DNA from: Methylophaga frappieri
GTDB taxonomy: Bacteria; Pseudomonadota; Gammaproteobacteria; Nitrosococcales; Methylophagaceae
DNA: 32,000 nucleotides
Direction: 5' to 3'
Assembly: GCF_000260965.1 (NCBI RefSeq)
Contig: NC_017856.1
Coordinates: forward strand, 1,680,001-1,712,000
Of the stretch, positions 1 through 8,008 are shown one piece after another. Position 1 is the first letter of the stretch. The number at the start of each line of letters is the position of its first letter. A program made the position numbers and the translations under genes. The notes under the pieces are model-generated. The model saw nothing but the letters and a program-made list of their open reading frames with translations. It was not told the origin of the DNA and searched no databases.

Positions 1-945
1 CCCATCACTCTCAAACCCCTTTTGGAATTCACGCAAGGCAGCTTCCACACCTTGAGTCACCGACAACGTATTCCCTTTATATTGCCCAATCACCATCATG
101 ACGATAGCGGGCTGACCGCTCACGGCGGCACCACCAATCGTCGGTGCCGCCGCCATTGTTATTGTCGCAACATCACCGAGTAGAATCACATTCTCGCCTT
201 GATGTTTAACGACAACCTTGGCCATCTCATCGGCTGAATTTGGCTGGCCAGTGACTGTCAACATAATGCGTTGATTGCTATTTTCTATGTATCCAACCCC
301 ATGTAGGCCGGTAGCCTGTCTGGCTGCCGTCGTAACATCTTGAATAGTTAAACCAAGTTGTTGTAGTGCCGGAAGGTCTGGCTGAATTTGCAGTTGCTTA
401 ACCTCTCCACCGAAGACATTAATATCTGCAACGCCCGGCACAGCAAGAAGTCTAGGGGTAAGGGCATAATCAACAACGGATCGTAATGACATTAAGTCTT
501 GCGAATCTGATGTCAAACCAATCGTCATGATAGTACCCGATGAAGATTCTAACGGTACCATCGCCGGTGTTATAAATTCAGGAACAATGTCTTTTAAGCC
601 CGCTAACCGCTCATCAACTAATTGCCTGTTTCGGTAAATATCTGTTTTATCATCAAAGGTAAGTGTGATGACGGATAGGCCCGGTGTTGATGCAGAATCA
701 ACAAAGTCGACATCCGGTAGACCGCCTAAAACATTTTCCAAGGGCTGAGTAATGAGTGCTTCAACCTGCTTAGCTGTAAATCCTTGAGATTCGGTTTGAA
801 TAATAACTTGCTTGGGGGCGAATTCCGGAAAAATATCCAGACTAGCGCCATTTAGCTGATAGACGCCATAGACCATCATCAACACAGCAAGCACCAGCAC
901 GACACCACGAAAACGAACCGAGAAGGCCACGATTTTGGCTAACAT
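1..945 (-). CDS. RND inner-membrane efflux permease, CusA/CzcA-like (heavy-metal-efflux type). N-terminal 315 codons only; the rest lies beyond the window start.
   Basis: Absent from the ORF track because it runs off the edge. Minus-strand ATG at 945..943. My translation is MLAKIVAFSVRFRGVVLVLAVLMMVYGVYQLNGASLDIFPEFAPKQVIIQTESQGFTAKQVEALITQPLENVLGGLPDVDFVDSASTPGLSVITLTFDDKTDIYRNRQLVDERL..., open to position 1. It shows TM1 followed by the first large periplasmic loop, with the sequence pattern I know from CzcA/CusA N-termini. It starts 47 nt downstream of the adaptor gene on the same strand. Confidence 0.8.
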   Translation of the reverse strand, partial: MLAKIVAFSVRFRGVVLVLAVLMMVYGVYQLNGASLDIFPEFAPKQVIIQTESQGFTAKQVEALITQPLENVLGGLPDVDFVDSASTPGLSVITLTFDDKTDIYRNRQLVDERLAGLKDIVPEFITPAMVPLESSSGTIMTIGLTSDSQDLMSLRSVVDYALTPRLLAVPGVADINVFGGEVKQLQIQPDLPALQQLGLTIQDVTTAARQATGLHGVGYIENSNQRIMLTVTGQPNSADEMAKVVVKHQGENVILLGDVATITMAAAPTIGGAAVSGQPAIVMMVIGQYKGNTLSVTQGVEAALREFQKGFESDG

Positions 946-992
946 AGGAAGTCGCTCAAATTCTCTCTAAATTAAATTCACGTGCTTTAAAG

Positions 993-2072
993 CTAATCAT
1001 CATCGTCATCGTCGTCTTCATCCATGATTTGCCACTTGAATTCTTCTGACAAAAGCGTTTGAGCCCCCCTTATAACCACCTTTTCTTGGGGTGAAATAAG
1101 ATTGTTTATGTCAAACACACCTATAGCTGTAGGTATCATGGACTGCGCTGAAACGCGCTGAAAGTTTTCCAATGAACGCCTTACATAAATCCATTGTTGG
1201 CCGCCATACCAGACAAGCGCTTCCCCCGGTATTGAGACTCCCTTTAAAGCTGTTGGTTGTTTAGGTACCCACACATCCAACCTAAGGCTTTCTGGTAATG
1301 CGGTATCCTTAATTAGAAAGTAATATGATTGACCAAACGCACTCTGATTACCGCTTAATACAGGCGCTATAAAGGTCGCCGTTTTCAGCGCTTTTTCCTG
1401 ATTAGGTAAGACAACGCTGAGAGTTTTCACTTCTGAATTTAACGAAGATCCAACCGGCAAACTCACGCGCAACAAACTATCCTGACGGCTAACAATCCGG
1501 TTTAAAGCCAAACTATTGTCCGCAGTTATCCAGTCTGCAATTGTTTCAGGCCAGTACCCTGCAATCTTGTTTTTTATCAGGTCAAAATGAAGTTGCGCTG
1601 AATCAAACCTTGCTTTTGCTGCTTGCCATTTTGCTTTAGCACTAGCGACTTCCTTATTAGCAATGCTGCCAGCTTGTGTCGCTAACTCTTGCAAGCGTGA
1701 CCACTCTTGGTACATCGCATCCATCACAACTTCCGCTTCTTTACGTTGTGCCTGTTGCTGTACAAGCTCTCCCCGCTGTTCTAACAATGGCTGAACAGAA
1801 TGAACTGAAGCCCAAGCTCGAACTTCAGGAGATAATATGGCTTCTTTTACTATGGCCGTTTTAATTCCGGCCAACTCAATCAAATCCGAATCAAGTTCAA
1901 CGGCCATTAAACTAGGTGCAGACTTCTCACTATCAGACGCAACGACATCATCATCTGAATCAAGCTTATCTAACCAATCTGATGTCAATATATTGGGAGA
2001 CATTAGAATACCTATTGCCAATGTGCTTAATAACACCACACCCCAGAGCCAAAATTGTTTTGCCTGCATCAT
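993..2072 (-). CDS. RND efflux periplasmic adaptor (membrane fusion protein) with a poly-Asp C-terminal tail
   Basis: 359-aa ORF with an N-terminal anchor (MMQAKQFWLWGVVLLSTLAIGILMS). A central coiled-coil-like segment follows (QQQAQRKEAEVV..., AKAKWQAAKARFDSAQLHFDL), then a beta-rich C-terminal half. It lies directly upstream of the RND permease. The call rests on architecture and context rather than on a named motif. Confidence 0.65.
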   Translation of the reverse strand: MMQAKQFWLWGVVLLSTLAIGILMSPNILTSDWLDKLDSDDDVVASDSEKSAPSLMAVELDSDLIELAGIKTAIVKEAILSPEVRAWASVHSVQPLLEQRGELVQQQAQRKEAEVVMDAMYQEWSRLQELATQAGSIANKEVASAKAKWQAAKARFDSAQLHFDLIKNKIAGYWPETIADWITADNSLALNRIVSRQDSLLRVSLPVGSSLNSEVKTLSVVLPNQEKALKTATFIAPVLSGNQSAFGQSYYFLIKDTALPESLRLDVWVPKQPTALKGVSIPGEALVWYGGQQWIYVRRSLENFQRVSAQSMIPTAIGVFDINNLISPQEKVVIRGAQTLLSEEFKWQIMDEDDDDDDD

Positions 2073-2186
2073 ATACCACCAAAAATTCCCGAAATATTAC
2101 CGGAAATATTCCCAATATTATTTTTGTCATTAGACCATGTGATCTTGCTGGCAACAAGTCATGAATATCGTTTTTAAGGTAGGCGC

Positions 2187-2215
2187 TTGACAGCAGCCGG
2201 CTGAACAGGTTTAAT
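2187..2215 (+). promoter_or_regulatory. Sigma70 promoter for tRNA-Phe
   Basis: Perfect -35 TTGACA (2187..2192), a 17-nt spacer, and -10 TTTAAT (2210..2215). A GC-rich discriminator (acgcgacc) follows. The mature tRNA 5' end is at 2229. Confidence 0.7.
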
Positions 2216-2228
2216 ACGCGACCTTATT

Positions 2229-2304
2229 GGCTCGATAGCTCAGTTGGTAGAGCAAGGGATTGAAAATCCCTGTGTCCCTGGTTCGATTCCAGGTCGAGCC
2301 ACCA
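2229..2304 (+). tRNA. tRNA-Phe (anticodon GAA), CCA encoded
   Basis: 76 nt fold by hand into a cloverleaf. Acceptor GGCTCGA/TCGAGCC, D arm GCTC..GAGC, anticodon stem AGGGA/TCCCT with loop TTGAAAA, T arm CCTGG-TTCGATT-CCAGG, then discriminator A and CCA. Confidence 0.93.
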
Positions 2305-2315
2305 CGAATACAAAA

Positions 2316-2346
2316 AGCCCGGCCTGTAATTAGGTCGGGCTTTTTT
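2316..2346 (+). terminator. Rho-independent terminator after tRNA-Phe
   Basis: Stem agcccggcct / aggtcgggct (one G-U pair), 6-nt loop, followed by T6. Confidence 0.8.
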
Positions 2347-2635
2347 GTCTAGCCAGATAAGCATTCCACATCCTGCCACACTTTCCTCAAACCACACCGT
2401 CTGCCGCCAAGACAACGCCTTTATCGCATTGCCTTCTAAAATATCCTTACCTCGCTCAACACTATCTGTGGTAAAAAACACACAAATAAAGGCGATTTTG
2501 CCAAATCGGTAAACTTTTTGTTGTAAAAGTGTTGCAAACGTTTTTTGGATGTGCAAAATAAGCAATAACCGAGAGAGAAGTCCGGTTACGAGAGATACTT
2601 AAAGTAATCTGTTAACAATTAGAAGGTAAACAGAC

Positions 2636-3826
2636 ATGAAAAAAACTACATTAGCGAGCCTGATCGGCGCAGCAGCATTTGCCGTAGCTGGCGCAGCCAA
2701 CGCGACAATCGTTGTTGGTGGCGAAAATGGTTACGAGTTCAGTGTTGACGGTAATATCAACCAATTCTTTATCCACACGGATTCAGATAACCCAGGCATG
2801 GGCGATCAAAAAAATTCTCAAGTTGCCAACGGCCTGTTGCCAACATTCTTTGGCTTCAACGTTTCAGCACCTGAAGTCAATGGTCTGAAAGTAGCCGCAC
2901 GCGTTTCTATCTCTCCATCGACTAATGATGGCAGCTATTTCGGCGGTGCTTTGAACCAAGGCAGTGGCGCAATGGAGCAACGTGAAGCGTTTGCGACTGT
3001 TGACGGTTCTTTTGGTCAAGTGATGTTAGGTAAAGGTCTGGGTCTGTACTCAGCCAACAACATCTTGCTGGATCAAACTTTGTTTGGTGTGGGTGCGACT
3101 GGCTTGGCTGCTGGTGGTGCACAAAACTCTGCTGTTACGACACTGGGTCGTATTGGCTGGGGTTATGAGTACGCAAACTGGCGTTCACAAATCAAGTGGA
3201 CATCAAACGATATGGGCGGCTTTAAAGTTGCTGTTGCGGTATTGGATGCTGACGACTACGAAAATTCGATTTATGGCCGTGGTATTGAAGAAAAAGACCC
3301 ACGCTATGAAGCGTCTATCAGCTATGCGGGTGCTTTTGACGGCGGCAGCATGAAGCTGTGGTTAGACGGCATGTCTCAAAAAGTTGAGTATGTTGGTACT
3401 GACGATCGTTCACACGCTTGGACACTGGGTGGCCAATTAGTATTAGGTGGCTTTGAAGCCGTTGCCGCATACTATGACAGTGAAGGCCAAGGCCTGGCTG
3501 GTTTAGGTCTGGGGGCATTTGATGCTAATGGCGATGCTCGTGAAGGCGATGGTTACTATGCACAGTTAGGTTACCGCTTTGGTGGACAAACTTTCCTTGC
3601 AGCTTCTTACGGTGAATCAACACTTGATAACGCTGGTGCTGCAACGATTTCTGATGGTTTCGGTAACCTCGATAAAAACAGCATGTTTACTGTTGGTGTT
3701 TACCATGACGTTACTTCCAACCTGAAACTGGTTGCTGAATACTCTAAAATGGAAACTGAATTCCATGATACTTCAGCAGAACCAGAAACTGATGTTATCG
3801 CTATCGGTGGTTTCATTAGCTGGTAA
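2636..3826 (+). CDS. Outer-membrane beta-barrel porin
   Basis: Signal peptide MKKTTLASLIGAAAFAVAGAANA. Gly/Tyr/Asp-rich sequence with alternating beta-strand pattern and a C-terminal aromatic residue (..AIGGFISW). SD GAAGG upstream. Codon choice is strongly biased (cgt, ggt, ctg), as expected for a highly expressed gene. Confidence 0.75.
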   Translation: MKKTTLASLIGAAAFAVAGAANATIVVGGENGYEFSVDGNINQFFIHTDSDNPGMGDQKNSQVANGLLPTFFGFNVSAPEVNGLKVAARVSISPSTNDGSYFGGALNQGSGAMEQREAFATVDGSFGQVMLGKGLGLYSANNILLDQTLFGVGATGLAAGGAQNSAVTTLGRIGWGYEYANWRSQIKWTSNDMGGFKVAVAVLDADDYENSIYGRGIEEKDPRYEASISYAGAFDGGSMKLWLDGMSQKVEYVGTDDRSHAWTLGGQLVLGGFEAVAAYYDSEGQGLAGLGLGAFDANGDAREGDGYYAQLGYRFGGQTFLAASYGESTLDNAGAATISDGFGNLDKNSMFTVGVYHDVTSNLKLVAEYSKMETEFHDTSAEPETDVIAIGGFISW

Positions 3827-3870
3827 GACCAGTTAGCTTGAATCCACTGGATTCAGCTTAACGTCTTGAA

Positions 3871-3900
3871 AGCCTCAACCTTCGGGTTGGGGCTTTTTTT
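3871..3900 (+). terminator. Rho-independent terminator after the porin gene
   Basis: Stem agcctcaacc / ggttggggct, ttcg tetraloop, T7 run. A second weaker hairpin plus T-run lies at about 3907..3930. Confidence 0.8.
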
Positions 3901-3962
3901 ATTTTTGGCTTGCACCAAAGCCGTTTTTTTAATAGCTTTTGAGATTCTTTTATTGCTAATTG

Positions 3963-4595
3963 ATGAATATGACTATTGCCATTTCAACCTGCCTGAACGC
4001 CATTACACTGACCTTGCAACAGCATGCTGATGAGGTTGCGGAACTGGATCAGGCCATTGGCGATGGTGATCACCTGGTTAATCTGCAACGTGGCTTGACT
4101 GCCCTCACGCAAGATTCGAGTTCGTTGGATAAGATGGCGTTACCTGAGGCGTTGAGCAAAATTGGTATGACACTGATGTCCACTATGGGTGGTGCGTCCG
4201 GCTCATTGCTTGGATCCATGTTTGTCACCATGGGCAAAACGGCTAAAAACACCCTAGCAGACTTTGCAGGCTTGGTAGACATTTATGCCGCGGGCGTCGC
4301 TGCAGTCAAGGCTCGCGGTAAGGCAGATATTGGCGAGAAAACCATGTTGGACACGCTGATTCCCGCGCTGGTGAGTTTGCAGGCCAGTGTGCGTTCAAAC
4401 GACTCGCTGATGCAAGCAATGCAGTCATTGCAGCAGGCCGCCGAGCAAGGCATGTTGTCAACAAAAGACATGTTGCCGACCAAAGGCCGTGCGTCCTTCC
4501 TGGGGGAACGAGCACGCGGCCATATTGATGCAGGTGCCAGAACCAGTCAGCTCATTCTCAGCGCCATTGCAGACGAAGTTATTCAAAACCAATAA
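3963..4595 (+). CDS. dhaL: Dihydroxyacetone kinase, ADP-binding subunit DhaL
   Basis: All-helical DAK2-type sequence with the nucleotide/Mg motif LDQAIGDGDH and C-terminal GRASFLGERARGHIDAGA. The start is uncertain (TTG 3960, ATG 3963, ATG 3969) and no clear SD is present. Confidence 0.8.
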   Translation: MNMTIAISTCLNAITLTLQQHADEVAELDQAIGDGDHLVNLQRGLTALTQDSSSLDKMALPEALSKIGMTLMSTMGGASGSLLGSMFVTMGKTAKNTLADFAGLVDIYAAGVAAVKARGKADIGEKTMLDTLIPALVSLQASVRSNDSLMQAMQSLQQAAEQGMLSTKDMLPTKGRASFLGERARGHIDAGARTSQLILSAIADEVIQNQ

Positions 4596-4598
4596 GGT

Positions 4599-5591
4599 TT
4601 AACAGCCCCACCGTAAAGCCGCTGTATGCACGGGAGCATCCCAGAGTGCAATGAGTTCTTCATCTAACAGGGTAACCGTGACAGAGCAGCCGATCATGTC
4701 CAGAGAGGTTGTGTAGTTCCCCACTAAACTACGATGAATTTCAATACCTTTTTGTTGCCAATATTTGGCAGCAATATCAAATACCAAATACAACTCCATC
4801 AATGGGGTGGCGCCAAGACCATTGATATGCAGCAATATTTTTTGTCCAGCCTGTGGCGATAAATCCCGATCAATCGTTTCGGTTAATTGCTGAACCAATG
4901 TTTCCGCTGAGGCCATCGGCACAATATCGCGGCCGCGCTCACCGTGAATACCTACACCCATTTCGACTTCATTATCAGCGATCGTAAAAGTTGGCTTACC
5001 CACTTCCGGAACGGTACAACTACTCAGCGCCAACCCCATTGAAGCAGTTTGACGACAGACTTTCTCGCCCAGTGCTTTACAGGCAGCGAGATCCCGACCT
5101 TGTTCAGCGGCTGCACCAACAATTTTTTCGACGATAAGTGTCCCGGCAACACCCCGTCTGCCCGTACTGTGATCTGCTGGCAACGAGACATCATCCGCTA
5201 CCAGCACGGTCGCATTTTCTGCTTCCAACATCTCGGCGGCAATTTCAAAGTTCATCACGTCACCAGCATAATTTTTGACAATGAATAGCACACCAGCACC
5301 GTTTTCAACGGATTCAGCCGCCGCCAGCATTTGATCGGGCGTTGGTGAGGTAAAGACCTGTCCCGGACAGGCCGCATCCAACATCCCCTGACCAACGAAA
5401 CCGGCATGCAGTGGTTCATGACCCGCACCACCACCTGAAACAAGCGCGACCTTAGGGTGATTCGCAATATGCTTTCGCCGAACAAATCTCGGCGACGTTT
5501 CTGCAATGACAATATCGGCATGGGCAATGGCAAAGCCCTGTAATGACTCTGTCAATAATGTGTCCGGTTGGTTCAATAGTTTTTTCATCAA
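4599..5591 (-). CDS. dhaK: Dihydroxyacetone kinase, DHA-binding subunit DhaK
   Basis: 330 aa. DAK1 hallmarks are present: VALVSGGGAGHEPLHAGFVGQGMLDAACPGQVFTSPTP and IVKNYAGDVMNF. It starts 8 nt after the upstream HAD gene. Confidence 0.88.
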   Translation of the reverse strand: MMKKLLNQPDTLLTESLQGFAIAHADIVIAETSPRFVRRKHIANHPKVALVSGGGAGHEPLHAGFVGQGMLDAACPGQVFTSPTPDQMLAAAESVENGAGVLFIVKNYAGDVMNFEIAAEMLEAENATVLVADDVSLPADHSTGRRGVAGTLIVEKIVGAAAEQGRDLAACKALGEKVCRQTASMGLALSSCTVPEVGKPTFTIADNEVEMGVGIHGERGRDIVPMASAETLVQQLTETIDRDLSPQAGQKILLHINGLGATPLMELYLVFDIAAKYWQQKGIEIHRSLVGNYTTSLDMIGCSVTVTLLDEELIALWDAPVHTAALRWGC

Positions 5592-5599
5592 TAGATTCC

Positions 5600-6442
5600 T
5601 TATTTCAGACTAGCTTCCAGCGCAGCAGTAATCGCAGGCAGGTCGGGTAAAATCCAGTCTGGCCCGTAGTCCAAGTCGTCTACTTCCGATGCTGTTGAAA
5701 CACCAGTCAATACCATCAGGCTCCGGATACCTGCATTAACAGCCCCTAATATGTCGGTGTTCAAACGATCGCCAATGGCAATGGTGTTGTGTTTCTCTGT
5801 TCCCAAAATTTCAAAAGCTTGTTGATATAAGATCGGTTCCGGTTTACCAATAACCCTTGGTGCTTTTCCAGTCACACTGGTTAACGCCGCCAAGACGCCA
5901 CCATTGCCCATCACCTCTCCCCGCTCTGTAGGCAAGCTAGAGTCAGCATTTGTCGCATAAAATAGGGCGCCATGATTCAGGTTAAGCGTTGCGGTGGCTA
6001 ATTTATCCCAAGTCAGTTTTCTATCAAGGCCAGAAACAACAACATCGGCCCAGTCAACCGACTCATCAGGGTGCGTGGGTTTTAAATCAATGAGGTCTGT
6101 TAACGAAAAACCCTGTTCTTCAAGGGGGTGCCGTAAGCCAGCCTCACCAATCACAAATACCCGTTTTTTGTCATCTGGCAGATTTTCCTTAAGGTAACGG
6201 GCTGTTGCCATACTCGAAGTTAAAACCTCATCCGCGGATACCTCAACTGACATACTGGCTAATTTGTCGATATATTGTGTTTGGGTAAGACTGGCGTTGT
6301 TAGTCGCCAACACGAACGGCAACTTTACCGAGCGCAATAAAGCAAAAAACTCCGATAGTCCGGGTAACGCGTTATTGCCGTGCCAGAGTACGCCATCCAT
6401 ATCGATGATCAGCCCGCCGATATTTTCAATTTTCGTCTGCAT
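5600..6442 (-). CDS. HAD-IIA family sugar-phosphate phosphatase (NagD-like)
   Basis: Motif I (IIDMDGVLW), motif II (LATNNAS) and motif IV (AIGDRLNTD) are present. I chose the ATG at 6442 by N-terminal length relative to NagD-type proteins. An in-frame ATG at 6475 would add 11 aa. Confidence 0.75.
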   Translation of the reverse strand: MQTKIENIGGLIIDMDGVLWHGNNALPGLSEFFALLRSVKLPFVLATNNASLTQTQYIDKLASMSVEVSADEVLTSSMATARYLKENLPDDKKRVFVIGEAGLRHPLEEQGFSLTDLIDLKPTHPDESVDWADVVVSGLDRKLTWDKLATATLNLNHGALFYATNADSSLPTERGEVMGNGGVLAALTSVTGKAPRVIGKPEPILYQQAFEILGTEKHNTIAIGDRLNTDILGAVNAGIRSLMVLTGVSTASEVDDLDYGPDWILPDLPAITAALEASLK

Positions 6443-6548
6443 GTGAGTTACGTTTGGTCTGAGATAAAAAATCATTTAAGCGTCGCACTTTGCTGTGACC
6501 CTGTCCAGCCCAATCCACCAGTTCACCGAGCCGCTTGATGGCTAAAAA

Positions 6549-6578
6549 TTGACAGCGTTTGAGCAACTGCTTTATAGT
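6549..6578 (+). promoter_or_regulatory. Sigma70 promoter for hps copy 1
   Basis: Perfect -35 TTGACA (6549..6554), 18-nt spacer, -10 TATAGT (6573..6578). It lies about 60 nt upstream of the hps1 ATG, which has SD AGGAG at 6625..6629. Confidence 0.6.
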
Positions 6579-6638
6579 CTTGTGGCGTAAATTCAACGTA
6601 AAACCATAAATTAAATCAAATTTTAGGAGCATGTCAGC

Positions 6639-7280
6639 ATGGCAAAAGCACTTATTCAAATGGCCCTTGATTCTCTGGATTTCGATCAAACTATCGCACT
6701 TGCTGAGCAAGTTTCGCCTTATGTCGACATCCTCGAAGTTGGTACACCGTGCATCAAATATAACGGTCTGGAAATCGTTACTGCACTGAAAGCCAAATTC
6801 CCGAACAACTTGATTCTGGTTGACTTGAAAACAATGGACGCGGGTGAATATGAAGCGACGCCTTTCTATGAAGCTGGCGCTGACATTTGCACCGTTTTAG
6901 GTGTTTCTGACAAAGCAACTATGGGCGGCGTTATCAAAGCAGCCAATGCAAATAATGCTGAAGCACAAATCGATTTGATCAGCGTTAAAGATAAAAAAGC
7001 CGTTGCCACTGAAGCAGCGAAAAACGGTGCGCAAATCATTGGTGTTCACACTGGTCTGGATGCACAAGCTGCTGGCCAAACCCCATTCGCTGACTTGCAA
7101 GCCATTGCTTCACTGAATCTGGGTGTGCGTATTTCTGTTGCTGGTGGTCTGAACAAAGACACTATCCAGAAAACTATCCAAGCTGGTGCTAACATTGTTG
7201 TTGTTGGTGCGGCGATCTACGGTGCGCCATCTCCAGCAGAATCTGCTAAAGAATTGCGTGCTCTGGTTGATGCTGCTTAA
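6639..7280 (+). CDS. hps: 3-hexulose-6-phosphate synthase, copy 1
   Basis: 213 aa of the OMP-decarboxylase-like HPS family: QMALDSLDFD..., DILEVGTPCIKYNG, LVDLKTMDAGEYEA, IGVHTGLDAQA, VAGGLN. It is a paralogue of the ORF at 9137..9772. Confidence 0.92.
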   Translation: MAKALIQMALDSLDFDQTIALAEQVSPYVDILEVGTPCIKYNGLEIVTALKAKFPNNLILVDLKTMDAGEYEATPFYEAGADICTVLGVSDKATMGGVIKAANANNAEAQIDLISVKDKKAVATEAAKNGAQIIGVHTGLDAQAAGQTPFADLQAIASLNLGVRISVAGGLNKDTIQKTIQAGANIVVVGAAIYGAPSPAESAKELRALVDAA

Positions 7281-7303
7281 GCGAGACCATTGAACGAAAC
7301 TAG

Positions 7304-7336
7304 AAAACGAGTGGCACACTGCCACTCGTTTTTTTT
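7304..7336 (+). terminator. Rho-independent terminator after hps1
   Basis: Perfect 10-bp stem acgagtggca / tgccactcgt, 3-nt loop, T8 run. Confidence 0.85.
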
Positions 7337-7402
7337 ATCAGATTCCTTACAGGCTGGTTGAACTTGTCAGGCACGCAGCCAAAACTGTCGGCTAGCTGAG
7401 AG

Positions 7403-7484
7403 TGGTCAAAGACAACTTTGCAGCGCTATAATTTTAATCGCGTTTATGTGTTGGCTTGCCACAAGAAACCTAAAATAGTAATTT
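7403..7484 (+). promoter_or_regulatory. Candidate sigma70 promoters for the repeat-protein ORF
   Basis: Two candidates. First: TGGTCA (7403..7408), 18-nt spacer, TATAAT (7427..7432). Second: TTGCCA (7456..7461), 17-nt spacer, TAATTT (7479..7484). Motif match only. Confidence 0.35.
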
Positions 7485-7555
7485 ACCCGTTGCGCCAACC
7501 TCACTAACCGTTGGGCAGATGGGGTTAGAATAATAAGGTAACAGGGGTATTTCTC

Positions 7556-7861
7556 ATGAGTGACAAAGGACTTTTGGCATCAATTTGCAGCTTCCTGAAA
7601 GGATTGTTTTCCGCCTCTAAGGACAGTGATTGTTGCAACGATAATGCGTCGAGCAAACCGGCAAATGATGGACTGACCAGTGTTGAGCGTTATATTCGTA
7701 ACCAAGCGCAGAATGGTCAGTCTTTGACCGGTGTTGAGCGTTATATTCGCAATCAACTCAGCAACAACCAACCACTGACTGGTGTAGAGAAATACATCCG
7801 TAACAGTGCTGGCACCAAACCACTGACTGGTGTAGAGCGCTATATCCGTAGCAAGTCTTAA
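7556..7861 (+). CDS. Small hypothetical protein with four tandem LTGVE(R/K)YIR repeats and a Cys-containing N-terminus
   Basis: 101-aa ORF with SD AGGGG 8 nt upstream and a strong terminator downstream. The repeat core is conserved at the amino-acid level while codons differ synonymously between units. I recognise no domain. Confidence 0.6.
   Translation: MSDKGLLASICSFLKGLFSASKDSDCCNDNASSKPANDGLTSVERYIRNQAQNGQSLTGVERYIRNQLSNNQPLTGVEKYIRNSAGTKPLTGVERYIRSKS
7673..7858 (+). repeat. In-frame tandem repeat, 4 units of 51/51/48/36 nt
   Basis: The units encode LTSVERYIRNQAQNGQS, LTGVERYIRNQLSNNQP, LTGVEKYIRNSAGTKP and LTGVERYIRSKS. At the DNA level units 1 and 2 are most alike, as are units 3 and 4. 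Confidence 0.85.
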
Positions 7862-7885
7862 AGCGCTACGCAAGCAAACAGCTAC

Positions 7886-7930
7886 ATTACGACGCAGCAA
7901 TGCTCGCATTGCTATGGCGTCGTAATTTTT
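7886..7930 (+). terminator. Compound rho-independent terminator after the repeat-protein ORF
   Basis: Outer stem attacgacgc / gcgtcgtaat encloses inner stem gcaatgc / gcattgc and is followed by T5. A further gccggc-attg-gccggc hairpin lies at 7931..7946. Confidence 0.8.
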
Positions 7931-8008
7931 GCCGGCATTGGCCGGCAATTTTAACTGGGCCGCCCAACCCGACAGACTTTTAAATATTCGTTTAAAAAAG
8001 GTACTCAA

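Noticed and set aside
2224-2565. 113-aa minus-strand ORF
   Set aside because: Its 3' part is the reverse complement of tRNA-Phe and its terminator, so this is non-coding sequence.
2229-6475. Genomic island integrated at tRNA-Phe
   Set aside because: tRNA-Phe is a classic integration site. However, I see no integrase, no direct repeat of the tRNA 3' end downstream, and no mobility genes. The flanking genes (porin, dha genes) look like ordinary chromosomal content.
7556-7861. The repeat ORF as a multi-core RiPP precursor (leader plus repeated core peptides)
   Set aside because: No maturase, protease, cyclase or exporter gene is adjacent. The neighbours are central RuMP enzymes, each with its own terminator. 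The idea cannot be fully excluded without genome-wide context.
7580-8008. 142-aa minus-strand ORF overlapping the repeat-protein ORF and its terminators
   Set aside because: It would start directly abutting the tal start codon and read through two terminator hairpins. The synonymous-substitution pattern among the repeats supports the plus frame.
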